Below are positions 18,127-28,361 of a stretch of DNA of 56,406 nucleotides, in pieces. The notes beneath the pieces were generated by a model. It saw nothing but the letters and a program-made list of their open reading frames with translations. It ran no database searches and was not told the DNA's origin. Both the position numbers and the translations under genes were made by a program. This DNA is from Spartobacteria bacterium (GTDB lineage: Bacteria; Verrucomicrobiota; Verrucomicrobiia; Chthoniobacterales; UBA10450). The stretch spans positions 1 through 56,406 of the forward strand of contig JBDTOL010000141.1 of NCBI GenBank assembly GCA_039933235.1, given 5' to 3'. The first letter of the stretch is position 1. Every line of letters starts with the position of its first letter.

Positions 18127-19090
18127 AAGCGAAAGAACGGCACATTCCCTTGGTTGGACCCTTCGTTTGCGGGCGTAGCGGCAGGGAAATTCGGCTTTCA
18201 GATCAAACTGCGAAATTCGGTTTCTGGCTGTCAAGGCAAATAAGAGTAAATTTTCTGCACAAGATCGCCCCTTCTGTTACAACGGATCGATATGCAAGTG
18301 GGCGCGACCAGACGCAGAACTCATCGGACGCTGCCTACGCTACGACTCATTTGGATCGGCGCTTGCTTTTCCCTGACAACTTCCAGCCTAAAGTTGATTG
18401 CCCGGTCGGAGGCTGCGAGAACGGAAACACTGGGTCCGCACGCGGCTCTCCAATCGCGCATCTCGTCATTCGCGCCGACCCAGGTCGAGAGTAGGATCGC
18501 GCCTGGCTCCGCACCGGTCGGCATGGCTTGGTTGCCGATGGCGAATTTTCCATGGGGAATCCCGACAGTCGCGGAATGATGGGCGGCGGACCGGATGCGA
18601 TGGCGGGCGCGCCAATCTCTGGACGAACATCCTTGCCCATTGGCTGACCAACGCCGAGCCGGAGAACGTTGTTCCATTCATGGCTAAGGCCGAGTTCGCG
18701 GCGCTCAGCGTAGGTGAGTTACGGCGTAACCCGCCTAGAGGCAGCAACGCAAAGCTAAGCTAAACAATTCCTCATTGACTCCCCTTTAACTCGACGCAGC
18801 CTTACGCTAGTCAGAGGTAGGACGTGTGCCGGTGGCGCGTGTCTGTGGGCTGACTGTCGCAGCGGGGCTGTGGCGTTCCCGGTGGGGACTGAACTTGCGA
18901 GCTAGACGGCTTCCGGTGGAGGCCACGCGGTGACCTTGCGATGAAAGCGTTCGCGTTGCTGTTTAACTGACCTCGTGTTTTGAGATAATTTCGGAGTCTG
19001 TGCGATAGGGCAGTTAGAAGGCTGTTTTGCCTTGGTAGACTGACTCTCCATAGGAGAAAAGCGATAATTCGATAACTACTCCTAGGACAG

Positions 19091-19129
19091 GGTGTAAACG
19101 TGCCGCTCTCCGGCTGAGCTAACCGCCCG
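19091..19129 (-). repeat. direct repeat of the tRNA-Val 5' half (putative distal att site of the island)
   Basis: The sequence ggtgtaaacgtgccgctctccggctgagctaaccgcccg matches 10739-10777 at 37 of 39 positions. Both mismatches fall in the D-arm. Identity stops just past the anticodon loop. Confidence 0.8.
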
Positions 19130-19201
19130 TTGCGACGCCTCGACTTTTAGTCCAAGGCGCTGAGCCTGTCGAGCGACGACCCTCTGTCACTTTCCTGCCG
19201 C

Positions 19202-20104
19202 TCAGGTCTGTCCGATCCAGGTCTTGGGCGCGACATCCTCCCAGCGCTCGCGGATTTCGCGGTATTTACTTTCGCCTAACAACCCCGCCTCGAGCAGGCG
19301 AGCGTTCTCCGCCCAGCGTTCGGGATTCTTCGTCCCGACAATCGCGGTGCGGACTCCCGGAACATGGAGAGTAAAACGGAGCGCGACCCCAACGATCTTT
19401 TCAAGCCTGGCGCTCTCCAAAAACGGATACCGCAGCGTCTGCAGCCGGTCCCAATAGACCTGATGATAGGAGTTCGCCGGCTTATGGCCGCTCTTCCAGG
19501 CCACGTTTGCTACCGGGCGCTTGGCGATCACGCCCTTTTCCTTCTCGCGCGCCAGCGGCAGGGTCAGCTCGATCGCTTCCTGGTCGGCGATGTTGATCGA
19601 TGTCTGGAGGGAATCGAAGGTGCCGCACTCGACCGCGTAACGCGCTGCCTCACTGTCGCTGCTGTAGCCGATGTAGCGCGCGTAGCCCTTCTCGCGGGCG
19701 GTCTGAAGCGCGACGATCGCTTCCCCCTTTTTCAGGACGGCCTCCGGGCAGCTGTGCAAATGCACGAGATCGACTCGATCGGTGCGCAGTCGTTGCAGGC
19801 TCCGCTCGATGCTCTCGAGGATGGAATCGGAAGTCCAGTTGGCGCCGCTCTCCATCCCGTAGGGATGCCCGCACTTGGTGAAAAGATAGAATTGATCGCG
19901 CCGTGAACCGACCGTGCGTCCGATCAATTCCTCGCTCTCGCCGTAACACTCGGCGGTGTCGATTACGTTGAGCCCGGCATCGAGCGCGCGGCCTAACAAT
20001 CGCTCGACCGTCGCTTCATCCGCGCCTTCGAGCCCGATTTCAGACCCGCCGAAACCGAGCACCGAAACCTGCATGTCAGTCTGGCCGAAGGGGCGCTCTT
20101 CCAT
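19202..20104 (-). CDS. aldo/keto reductase family oxidoreductase
   Basis: 300 aa with typical AKR blocks (LGFGGSEIG, NVIDTAECYGESEE, HLHSC, IGYS). Confidence 0.85.
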   Translation of the reverse strand: MEERPFGQTDMQVSVLGFGGSEIGLEGADEATVERLLGRALDAGLNVIDTAECYGESEELIGRTVGSRRDQFYLFTKCGHPYGMESGANWTSDSILESIERSLQRLRTDRVDLVHLHSCPEAVLKKGEAIVALQTAREKGYARYIGYSSDSEAARYAVECGTFDSLQTSINIADQEAIELTLPLAREKEKGVIAKRPVANVAWKSGHKPANSYHQVYWDRLQTLRYPFLESARLEKIVGVALRFTLHVPGVRTAIVGTKNPERWAENARLLEAGLLGESKYREIRERWEDVAPKTWIGQT

Positions 20105-20143
20105 GGAGAGAAATTAGCGAGTCGCGCCTGGGTTGTCATCCGC

Positions 20144-20178
20144 GTGTAGACGCTTCGCTTTGCGAAGCGCGAGGGTGA
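20144..20178. repeat. PE-2 short palindromic repeat, copy c
   Basis: Sequence gtgtagacgcttcgctttgcgaagcgcgagggtgag, located in the AKR-purM intergenic spacer. Confidence 0.65.
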
Positions 20179-20227
20179 GTGCAATTTGGAAATCAGACTT
20201 GGCCCGGCGTCGTCCACAGGGCGACGT

Positions 20228-21241
20228 CTAGAGTTGCACAACTCCGCGACCGCGCTCAACGCGACCAATTGGCTTGGCGCGGAGTTGCTTCGCCAGAGGC
20301 GCGGCGTCGTTAGGGGCAACGATCGCCGCCATCCCGATGCCCATGTTGAAGACCTGATACATCTCCGCCGCTGGCACGCGGCCGCGCTCCTGCATGATCT
20401 GGAAAATCGCCGGGACCGACCAGCTCTGCGTATTGATAGTAGCATCGCAATCGTCCGGCAGAACGCGCGGCAGGTTGTCGACCAACCCGCCGCCGGTGAT
20501 GTGCGCCAGGCCCTTTAATTTCCCACGCGGCACTTTCGCGAGAAGCGGCTGGTAGTTCTTGTGCGTGCGGAGGAGCTCTTCCCCTAGCGAAAAGCGCAGG
20601 CCCGCGATCCGAGCCGAGGGCTTGAGCCGCAGCTGCTCGAAAAATATCTTCCGTGCCAGTGAGTAGCCGTTCGTGTGCAGCCCGTTCGAGGGCAGTCCGA
20701 GAATGATATCGCCCGGTTTGATCCGCGACCCGTCAATCATCCGCACACGGTCCACCACCCCGACGATGCAACCCGCAAGATCGTATTCGCCGCGCCGATA
20801 CATCCCCGGCATCTGCGCCGTCTCGCCGCCAATCAAGGCGCAGCCGCCAGCACGGCAAGCCCGCGTGAAACCGCGCAGAATCTCATCGAAGACCTTCGGT
20901 TCGAGCTTCTCCGCCCCGATATAATCGAGAAAGAAGAGCGGCCTCGCCCCGAGAACGGCGATGTCATTGATGCAATGGTTCACCAGATCAGCCCCGACCG
21001 TGTCGTGCCGGTTCATCGCGAACGCGATCTTCAACTTCGTCCCGACGCCATCGACGCTCGCGACCAACACCGGCTCGCGCATCCCGGAGAAGTTCGGCGC
21101 GAACAAGCCGCCGAAACCACCAATCTTCCCCAGCACCTCCGGTCCATGCGTGCTCCGAACGCGGCCGTGGATCTTGCGCTTGATCAGGTTGCCCAGGTCG
21201 ACATCGACGCCGGCTTTGGTGTAGGCTTTCGTCCGCTTCAC
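20228..21241 (-). CDS. purM: phosphoribosylformylglycinamidine cyclo-ligase (AIR synthetase)
   Basis: PurM blocks YTKAGVDVDLGN, GGFGGLF, DGVGTKL, GGETA. The ORF-track start (21376) lies inside purF. An in-frame GTG at 21239-21241 overlaps the purF TGA (GTGA) and gives 337 aa. Confidence 0.9.
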   Translation of the reverse strand: MKRTKAYTKAGVDVDLGNLIKRKIHGRVRSTHGPEVLGKIGGFGGLFAPNFSGMREPVLVASVDGVGTKLKIAFAMNRHDTVGADLVNHCINDIAVLGARPLFFLDYIGAEKLEPKVFDEILRGFTRACRAGGCALIGGETAQMPGMYRRGEYDLAGCIVGVVDRVRMIDGSRIKPGDIILGLPSNGLHTNGYSLARKIFFEQLRLKPSARIAGLRFSLGEELLRTHKNYQPLLAKVPRGKLKGLAHITGGGLVDNLPRVLPDDCDATINTQSWSVPAIFQIMQERGRVPAAEMYQVFNMGIGMAAIVAPNDAAPLAKQLRAKPIGRVERGRGVVQL

Positions 21242-22677
21242 TTCAAGCCGGCAAAGAGGGTCGGCTGTTTCTCTTCCGCGAGCGCCTTGGCCCTCCCCTC
21301 GCGCTTTTCCATGATAAATTTGTCCAACTCGGGATCGACCGGCAGCGGGTAGTTTCCCGTGAAACAGGCCAGGCAAAAACTATTAGCCGGCTTGCCCGTG
21401 GCCTTGATCATTCCTTCCAGATCAAGGTAACCGAGACTGTCGACTCCGAGATAATCGCAAATTTCTGGCATCGTTTTCTGGTTCGCAATCAGCTTTTCCG
21501 GATCGGGAAAATCGATCCCATAATGACAGGCGAAACGATGCGGCGGACAGCTCACCCGCATGTGCACTTCCTTCGCGCCGGCTTCGCGCAGGTTGACGAC
21601 GCGCGCCCGCGCGGTGGTCCCCCTGACGATCGAGTCGTCGATCACCACCACGCGTTTTCCTTCCACTGCTTCCTTGATCAAATTAAGTTTCACCCGCACA
21701 TCGAAATCGCGGATGAGCTGGCTCGGCTGGAGAAAAGTGCGCCCGATGTAGTGATTGCGCACAAAGGCGTGCTCGTAGGGAATGTTGAGCTGGTGCGCGA
21801 ACCCGAGGGCGGCGTAGTTCCCCGAATCCGGCACCGGCACCACGATGTCAGCCTCGACCGGAAACCTCCGGGCCAGCTCGCGGCCCATCTCGGTCCGCAC
21901 CTTGGCCACGTTGACTCCGCCGATGATGCTGTCGGGCCGGGCGAAATAGACGTACTCAAACATGCAAAACGCCGGCTTCTCCTCCCGAAAGGGCCACTCC
22001 GAACGCAGGCCGTCCTCACTGATGATGAGCACCTCGCCCGGCTCGATCTCGCGAATGAACTCCGCATGGATCAGATCGAAAGCACAAGTCTCGGAAGCGA
22101 GCACGTAGGCCCCGTCGAGTTTGCCTAACGAAAGCGGCCGAAAGCCAAAGGGATCGCGCACCGCGATGATCTCGCGCTCGCTCATGATAATGACCGAGAA
22201 GGCGCCCTCGATCCGGCGCAGGGCAGTCAGGATATTGCCGCCATTGTTCGACGGCTGCGCCAGCAGGTGCAGGATGATCTCGCTGTCGGCGGTGGTTTGG
22301 AAGATGGAGCCTTTGCGTTCCAGCTCGTCGCGCAGGACATCGGCATTAATCAAGTTGCCGTTATGCGCAATCGCGATTTGCCCGCGAAAACAATCGACCA
22401 CAAAGGGCTGCGCATTTTTCACCGTGCTCGAGCCGGTCGTGGAATAGCGCGTATGCCCCACCGCGCGGGTGCCTTTGAGCCGGGCCAGTTCATCCTGACC
22501 GAAGACCTGCGAGACGAGGCCCATGTCGCGATGCAATTGGAAGGTCGAGCCGGGACCATTCGTCGTGACAATGCCGGCGCTCTCCTGGCCGCGATGCTGA
22601 AGAGCAAACAGCCCGTAGTAGGTCAACACTGCCGCATTAGGATGCCCGTAGACGGCAAAAATGCCGCATTCGTGCAT
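21238..22677 (-). CDS. purF: amidophosphoribosyltransferase
   Basis: N-terminal nucleophile context MHECGIFAVYG and PRTase loop VVVIDDSIVRGTT. The start is uncertain: Met codons at 22677, 22722 and 22743 would all leave a short propeptide before the Cys. Confidence 0.9.
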   Translation of the reverse strand: MHECGIFAVYGHPNAAVLTYYGLFALQHRGQESAGIVTTNGPGSTFQLHRDMGLVSQVFGQDELARLKGTRAVGHTRYSTTGSSTVKNAQPFVVDCFRGQIAIAHNGNLINADVLRDELERKGSIFQTTADSEIILHLLAQPSNNGGNILTALRRIEGAFSVIIMSEREIIAVRDPFGFRPLSLGKLDGAYVLASETCAFDLIHAEFIREIEPGEVLIISEDGLRSEWPFREEKPAFCMFEYVYFARPDSIIGGVNVAKVRTEMGRELARRFPVEADIVVPVPDSGNYAALGFAHQLNIPYEHAFVRNHYIGRTFLQPSQLIRDFDVRVKLNLIKEAVEGKRVVVIDDSIVRGTTARARVVNLREAGAKEVHMRVSCPPHRFACHYGIDFPDPEKLIANQKTMPEICDYLGVDSLGYLDLEGMIKATGKPANSFCLACFTGNYPLPVDPELDKFIMEKREGRAKALAEEKQPTLFAGLK

Positions 22678-22802
22678 CGGATAAGGCGGAAGCGGTGGCG
22701 CCAAAAATTCGTCCTGGACCATCGGAAGCGCAAAGATACTCATTCCCAGAGCCGCGTCATCTCCGCGCCTGCTGGCGCGGGCTTTCCTTCGTTCGGCGGA
22801 GA

Positions 22803-23216
22803 TCAAATAGGGATGGCGGAGTGCTTGAGGACGGTCGCTTCCGACCGGCAGGCGGGGCAGATGCTATGGGTCGAACGCACGTCGTGGGTGCGTTTCAGGT
22901 ATTGCTCAAACGAGATCCACTCCTCGGCCAGATGCACTTTGCGGCACCAGGCACAAACCTGGATAAAGTTTTCCATCAGACGGAGTCGTCGAAAGACCCA
23001 GACCGTCGCAATCACAACCCCGGCCGCCACCAGCAGAACGGTCAACGTTTCGAACCAGAATTCCTGCGGACGCGCCGGGGTTTTCGGCGCCCCAAAAAGA
23101 TAGAAGGGAACGTCGACGTATTCGTCGAGCCAGAGAGTGAGGATGACGGCGGCAAAACCAAAAAGTTCGAGGCCAAGAATAACCTTCTCGTAAGGGCGCT
23201 GTTTCTGGATCTTCAT
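22803..23216 (-). CDS. small two-TM membrane protein with a C-terminal CxxC...CxxC zinc-ribbon-like tail
   Basis: 137 aa from [13 protein letters not shown] segments are [19 protein letters not shown] and [18 protein letters not shown], with tail VCAWCRKVH...[12 protein letters not shown]. Its ATG overlaps the purL TGA (ATGA at 23213-23216). Confidence 0.6.
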   Translation of the reverse strand: MKIQKQRPYEKVILGLELFGFAAVILTLWLDEYVDVPFYLFGAPKTPARPQEFWFETLTVLLVAAGVVIATVWVFRRLRLMENFIQVCAWCRKVHLAEEWISFEQYLKRTHDVRSTHSICPACRSEATVLKHSAIPI

Positions 23217-25564
23217 GATGTCGTAATCTCTGCCCGCACCGCCTGGGCGATCGCGCCATACCAATCGTCGTGCAGCGGATCGATCGGCCAGCCGAGGGTC
23301 TGGCCGGAAACCGTTACTCTGAGCTCGTTTCCTCCGACCGTCCCGAGGCGACGGGCTGGCACCCCGCGCCTTTGCGACGACTGCAGCACCGCGTCGACAT
23401 TTTCTGGCACGGTAGAGATGACAATCCGGGACTGGCTTTCGTTGAAGAGGATTTGGTCGAGCCGCATTTCTCTCCCGGCTGGCAAATCGATCTCCGCGCC
23501 TAACGAACCGGCGGGATTGAAGCACGATTCGGCCAGCGCCACGGCCAGGCCGCCCTCGCTGCAATCGTGCGCGCTCCGCACCTGGCCCGCACGGATCAAT
23601 TCGCGCAGCAGATTTTGCAGCGCGAGTTCGCGCTCGAAATCTAGGCGCGGCGGCCGGCCCGCCTTCATCCGGTGAATTACCTTGAGAAACTGGGACCCGC
23701 CCATCTCATCCCCGAGATCTCCCAGCAGGATGACAACGTCGCCGTCGGCCTTGAAAAACTGCGTCGTGATCCATTCCTCGCGCTCGATCAGGCCGACCAT
23801 TGCAACGGTCGGCGTCGGATCGACCACGCCGGCCGGGCTTTCGTTGTAGAGCGAGACATTCCCGCCGATCACCGGCGTGCCAAAGGCGCGGCAGGCTTCC
23901 GCGAGGCCTTCGACGGCCTCGCGCAACTGCCAGAAATTTTCCGGCTTGTATGGATTGCCGAAGTTCAGGTTGTCCGTCACGGCGAGCGGCGTCGCGCCGG
24001 AGCAGGCGAGGTTGCGCGCCGCTTCCGCGACTGCGATGCGGCCGCCCTCCCGCGGGTCGAGCCGGCAGTAGAGCGAATTGCAGTCTGTCGTGGCGGCGAG
24101 GAATTTATTCGCCTCGCGCAGGTGAAAAACCGCCGCATCCGAGCCCGGCCTCACGACTGTGCCAGTGCGGACCATGTGATCGTACTGCCGGTAAACCCAG
24201 TTTTTCGAAGCGATCGACGGATCGCGCAGCAATTGCCGGAGAGATTCAACCGCCGATTCCGCAGATGGCGCGGATATTCTCTGCAACAGATCCTCATCTG
24301 TGTCATCCGTGGTTGCCTTCCTCGCCTCGCGTGAGTAGAGCGGCGCCTCGTCGGCCAGCGGTTTGGCCGGGATCTCTGCCGCAGTCGAGCCGTTATTCAG
24401 GACGCGCATCATGCCGTCGCCGGTCACGCGCCCGATCTCGGCGCAGGGCACGTCCCATTTCTCGAAAATTCGCCTCACGACGTCTTCTTTGCCTTTGCGG
24501 GCGATGATCAACATCCGTTCCTGCGATTCGCTCAGAAGCGTTTCGTAAGGCGTCATGCCGGACTCGCGCTGCGGCACTTTGGCGAGGTCAATCTCGACCC
24601 CGGTCCCGCCGCGGCTCGCTGTTTCGCAGGTGGAACAGGTCAGGCCGGCTGCGCCCATGTCCTGGATCCCGGCGACCGCATCGGTCGCGAGCAGTTCGAG
24701 GCAGGCTTCGAGGAGCAGTTTCTCCTTGAACGGGTCGCCCACCTGCACCGCGGGGCGATCTTCCCGGGATGCTTCGGTCAATTCACGCGAAGCGAAAGCC
24801 GCGCCGGCCAAACCATCGCGGCCGGTCTCGGCGCCGACATAAAAGACCGGGTTGCCCACACCGCTGGCCGCGCCGCGCGCCAACTGCTCGTGGCGCAACA
24901 CTCCGAGGCAAAAGACGTTGACCAGCGGATTGCCCTCAAAACTTTCGTCGAAGTAAATCTCCCCGCCGATGGTCGGGACGCCGATGCAATTGCCGTAATG
25001 AGCAATGCCAGCGATCACACCCGCGAAGAGCCGGCGATTCTGCGCGATCTGCCGGGTGCGGCTCGAGTTGGTAGGGCGAGACTCCGTCGAGCCAGAGGGT
25101 GCGTTATCGCCCAGCTCGACAGAGTCTCGCCCTACCGACTCGTGATCTGTGATCGGCCCGAAGCGGAGCGAATTGAGCAAAAACTCCGGTCGCGCCCCCA
25201 TCGTGAAGATATCGCGAATAATCCCCCCCACCCCGGTGGCCGCGCCTTGGAACGGCTCGATCGCACTCGGGTGATTGTGGCTCTCGATCTTGAACGCCAC
25301 CGCCCAGCCATCGCCGATGTCGACCACCCCGGCGTTTTCCTCCCCCGCCTTGACCAGAATGTTCGGCCCAGTGGTTGGGAATTTCTTCAGCTCTTTCTTC
25401 GAGTTTTTGTAGGAGCAATGCTCGCTCCACATGACCGAAAAAATGCCCAGCTCGGTGAAGTTCGGTTCGCGTCCGAGGATCCTCTGGATCCGCTCGTATT
25501 CCTCGGGCGTAAGGCCGTGTTTCGCGACCACCTCAGCAGTGACTTTCGGTTCCGCAGCAGGCAT
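23213..25564 (-). CDS. purL: phosphoribosylformylglycinamidine synthase subunit PurL (FGAM synthase II)
   Basis: Blocks [26 protein letters not shown] and [21 protein letters not shown]. Start chosen at MPAAEPK (25564) by comparison with typical PurL N-termini. The ORF stays open across the PE-1 element at 25070-25136. Confidence 0.92.
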   Translation of the reverse strand: MPAAEPKVTAEVVAKHGLTPEEYERIQRILGREPNFTELGIFSVMWSEHCSYKNSKKELKKFPTTGPNILVKAGEENAGVVDIGDGWAVAFKIESHNHPSAIEPFQGAATGVGGIIRDIFTMGARPEFLLNSLRFGPITDHESVGRDSVELGDNAPSGSTESRPTNSSRTRQIAQNRRLFAGVIAGIAHYGNCIGVPTIGGEIYFDESFEGNPLVNVFCLGVLRHEQLARGAASGVGNPVFYVGAETGRDGLAGAAFASRELTEASREDRPAVQVGDPFKEKLLLEACLELLATDAVAGIQDMGAAGLTCSTCETASRGGTGVEIDLAKVPQRESGMTPYETLLSESQERMLIIARKGKEDVVRRIFEKWDVPCAEIGRVTGDGMMRVLNNGSTAAEIPAKPLADEAPLYSREARKATTDDTDEDLLQRISAPSAESAVESLRQLLRDPSIASKNWVYRQYDHMVRTGTVVRPGSDAAVFHLREANKFLAATTDCNSLYCRLDPREGGRIAVAEAARNLACSGATPLAVTDNLNFGNPYKPENFWQLREAVEGLAEACRAFGTPVIGGNVSLYNESPAGVVDPTPTVAMVGLIEREEWITTQFFKADGDVVILLGDLGDEMGGSQFLKVIHRMKAGRPPRLDFERELALQNLLRELIRAGQVRSAHDCSEGGLAVALAESCFNPAGSLGAEIDLPAGREMRLDQILFNESQSRIVISTVPENVDAVLQSSQRRGVPARRLGTVGGNELRVTVSGQTLGWPIDPLHDDWYGAIAQAVRAEITTS
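25070..25136. repeat. PE-1 palindromic element, short variant, inserted in frame in purL
   Basis: Sequence ggtagggcgagactccgtcgagc-(21 nt)-gctcgacagagtctcgccctacc. The arms are the same as in the three intergenic PE-1 copies. Confidence 0.85.
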
Positions 25565-25725
25565 GGAGAACGCACGGTAAGGGCGAGCGGGCGGAGTGCA
25601 ATTCCGCAAAGGATTTTCGTTCTCGTCGCAATCGAAATGGCTAAGCTCCAGCGTGGACTTATCGACCATCGCCAACGTCGCGACCGCTCACCGTTCTGAC
25701 CGGTGTCGCTTTCGGGATAATCGAA

Positions 25726-26157
25726 ATGCGGCGAGCGCGCCGCCACCGCGAGGAGCGGGCTGCGTTTACGGCAGTCCAGGCTTTGATGACTCCAGAATGG
25801 ATGAGTTCCTCCATGATTGTCGCTTCGATACCCGATGGCACGAGCGCCGCTGAACTGGAAAGCGATCCGCGTACACTCGAGGCGGCCCTCAAAATCGCCA
25901 CCATCATGGAAGGACTCGGTTATTCCGTGTTTGCCCGAATCGTTCCCCTTTCCGTGGCGGACGATTTGATCGGCGGAATGGCGCGGATCGCCTGGCGCAA
26001 GTTCCGGCCCTTCGTGGAAGACGAGCGGAGGCGGACCGAGACGGAAAAGAGTTGGGAGTGGTTCCAATGGCTGGCCGAACAACTCGATCGCCATGGCCAG
26101 AGCAAGACCAGCCTCAAGATCGGAGCGCCGGTCGCTCACCGCGACTGGAAACCATAG
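25726..26157 (+). CDS. hypothetical protein (start uncertain)
   Basis: 143-aa ORF with plausible coding composition (…LEAALKIATIMEGLGYSVFARIV…WEWFQWLAEQL). No motif recognised. Alternative Met at 25786. Confidence 0.4.
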   Translation: MRRARRHREERAAFTAVQALMTPEWMSSSMIVASIPDGTSAAELESDPRTLEAALKIATIMEGLGYSVFARIVPLSVADDLIGGMARIAWRKFRPFVEDERRRTETEKSWEWFQWLAEQLDRHGQSKTSLKIGAPVAHRDWKP

Positions 26158-26199
26158 CTGGCGTTTGCGCTCAGGCGCCAAATCGCAGAGCATTCCTTC

Positions 26200-27615
26200 G
26201 TGGCAATCGATCTCAAAGAGCTGGTCGCGGCGCGCCTGGGCGAGAACTACACGCTGCACGAACGGCACCTCAATCGCACCCTCGTGGCCGCACAGCGGGT
26301 GATCGGTTTCGACAAAGTCTATGCGCGGGCGGAGGGCGCGTATCTCTACGACATGGATAACGCGGCTTACCTCGATTTCCTGAGCGGCTACAGCGTTTTT
26401 AACATCGGGCGCAACCATCCCGCGGTACAGAAAGCGATCCGCGACGTGCTCGACCTCGACCTGCCCAACATGGTGCAGATGGATTGCTCGCTCCTCAGCG
26501 GGTTACTGGCCGAGGCCCTCACAAAGCGGACGCCAAAGCATCTCGACGCGGTTTTCTTTTGCAACTCCGGGACCGAAGCGATGGAAGGCGCGCTTAAGTT
26601 TGCCCGCGCCGCGACCCAGCGGCCGCGCGTCTTTTCGTTAGGAGGCGCTTTCCATGGCCTCAGCATGGGCTCGCTCTCGCTCATGGGCTGCGAAAGTTTC
26701 ACCGAGGGGTTCGGGCCGCTCATGCACGGCTTCGACGGCCGCATTCCTCTGAATGACGTAGCGACGCTCGAACGCGAGCTGGCCAAACGCGACGTCGCGG
26801 CCTTCGTCATCGAGCCGGTCCAGGGCAAGGGCGTGAATTATCCGCAGGGCGACTTCTTTAATCGGGCACAGGAGCTCTGCCGCAAACACGGCACGCTTCT
26901 GATCTGCGACGAAATCCAGACCGGCCTCGGCCGGACAGGCAGGATGTTCGGCTTCGAACATTGGAACCTCGAGCCCGATATCATCACTCTGGCCAAGACG
27001 CTGAGCGGCGGCTACGTCCCGTGCGGCGCGATCGTCGCGCGGCGCGAGATTTACCAGAAGACTTTCAGCCGGATGGACCGCTGCGTGGTGCATTCCACCA
27101 CCTTCGGCCGCAATAACCTCGCCATGGCCTGCGGCCTCGCCGCGCTCGAAGTGTTGGACGACGAGAACCTGATCGAGAACGCCGCCCGCATGGGCGCATT
27201 GCTGGTTGAGCGGCTCGACGCCCTGCGCGCGAAACATTCCTTCATCAAGGAAGTCCGCGGCAAGGGCCTTATGGTCGCAATCGAGTTTCATGAGCCTAAC
27301 GAGTTTAAGCTCAGGATGGCGTGGAAGCTCCTGCACAAGGTCGACAAGGTGCTCTTCGCACAGATGGTCGTGACGCAACTGCTGGCCCAACACCGGATCC
27401 TGACCCAGGTCGCCGGCCATGCGATGGATGTGGTTAAGATTCTCCCGCCGCTCATCATCGGCGAACGTGAAGTGGACCTCTTCGTCAACGCGCTCGACGC
27501 AACCCTGACCGAATGCCGCAAATTCCCCGGGCCGATGTGGGAAATCGGCAACAACTTCGTCCGTCACGCCCTACGCTCGAAGCGTTCGGTCGAGCCGGCG
27601 CCGGTCAAGTTGTAG
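26200..27615 (+). CDS. class-III PLP-dependent aminotransferase (acetylornithine/putrescine aminotransferase-like)
   Basis: 471 aa. Blocks [29 protein letters not shown], and TLAKTLSGG containing the PLP lysine. Confidence 0.88.
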   Translation: MAIDLKELVAARLGENYTLHERHLNRTLVAAQRVIGFDKVYARAEGAYLYDMDNAAYLDFLSGYSVFNIGRNHPAVQKAIRDVLDLDLPNMVQMDCSLLSGLLAEALTKRTPKHLDAVFFCNSGTEAMEGALKFARAATQRPRVFSLGGAFHGLSMGSLSLMGCESFTEGFGPLMHGFDGRIPLNDVATLERELAKRDVAAFVIEPVQGKGVNYPQGDFFNRAQELCRKHGTLLICDEIQTGLGRTGRMFGFEHWNLEPDIITLAKTLSGGYVPCGAIVARREIYQKTFSRMDRCVVHSTTFGRNNLAMACGLAALEVLDDENLIENAARMGALLVERLDALRAKHSFIKEVRGKGLMVAIEFHEPNEFKLRMAWKLLHKVDKVLFAQMVVTQLLAQHRILTQVAGHAMDVVKILPPLIIGEREVDLFVNALDATLTECRKFPGPMWEIGNNFVRHALRSKRSVEPAPVKL

Positions 27616-27643
27616 CCGGTGACGCCAAGCCCCGCCGCCGGTC

Positions 27644-28207
27644 ATGCAATTACCGAGCTTCACCACCTTGAGCGTATTGCTGCTCGCTTCCGAGATCGCC
27701 TTGGCGGTTGCGAAGCGTTCCAAAACCGCCGGAACTGGCAAGGATCGCCTGACCCTCCCTCTCCTCTGGACCGTGATCGGCGGCAGTATCTTTGCCGGCT
27801 TCTATCTCCGCGGCGCTCTGCCGCAGGCGGCCCTGCCTTATCCGAAAGTCTATTACACCATTGGACTCATCCTATTCGTCCTTGGCTTGATCGTGCGCTG
27901 GATCGCGATCATTCACCTCGGCCGGTTCTTTACCGTGAACGTCACGATCGCCGAAGATCATCAGCTCATCACCACCGGCCCCTACCGCTACGTTCGCCAT
28001 CCCTCCTACACCGGCACGCTTCTGGTTTTTCTCGGGTTTGGCCTCTGCATGCTCAATATCTTTTCGCTCGTGGCGGTGTTCCTCCCCATCGCCGCTGCGT
28101 TTTTCTGGCGGATCCACGTGGAAGAGGAGGCGCTGCGAAGTGCGTTCGGCGACCGCTATCGCCTCTACGCCGGCCGCACCCGCCGAGTTATTCCCCTCGT
28201 GTATTAG
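27644..28207 (+). CDS. isoprenylcysteine carboxyl methyltransferase (ICMT) family membrane methyltransferase
   Basis: 187 aa, multi-TM, with signature GPYRYVRHPSYTG and C-terminal EEEALRSAFGDRY. Confidence 0.8.
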   Translation: MQLPSFTTLSVLLLASEIALAVAKRSKTAGTGKDRLTLPLLWTVIGGSIFAGFYLRGALPQAALPYPKVYYTIGLILFVLGLIVRWIAIIHLGRFFTVNVTIAEDHQLITTGPYRYVRHPSYTGTLLVFLGFGLCMLNIFSLVAVFLPIAAAFFWRIHVEEEALRSAFGDRYRLYAGRTRRVIPLVY

Positions 28208-28361
28208 CCCGGCAGTTGAATTAGTAGCGTGAAGTCTTAAAAAATCCCTCGGCATCTTCTCCCAAGTGCCGCCGAGCAGCCTGCCCGAATCGCAGTCATA
28301 AGCGTCGAGCAATTATGCCGAGTTTATAGAATGTGTTCGCGCACGCGGACGCGTTTTCTTC

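Noticed and set aside
18657-18670. The sequence gagccggagaacgt is shared with the integrase 3' end (11814-11827), suggesting a second integrase remnant near the distal end of the island.
   Set aside because: Only about 14 nt are shared and the flanking sequence does not align. A match of this length can arise by chance in 56 kb of GC-rich DNA. No other integrase motifs were found in any frame of 18240-18760.
25581-25688. Possible ZTP (pfl-type) riboswitch in the purL leader. The minus strand has GGTCGCGACGTTGGCGA and, downstream, a GCGGA...TCCGCC hairpin reminiscent of the GGGUCGUGACUGGCG / CCGCCUGGGC cores.
   Set aside because: The 5' core has a 2-nt insertion and the 3' core matches only CCGCC. 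I cannot draw the full P1/P2/pseudoknot fold. An Infernal search with Rfam RF01750 would settle it; without it, this is not supportable.
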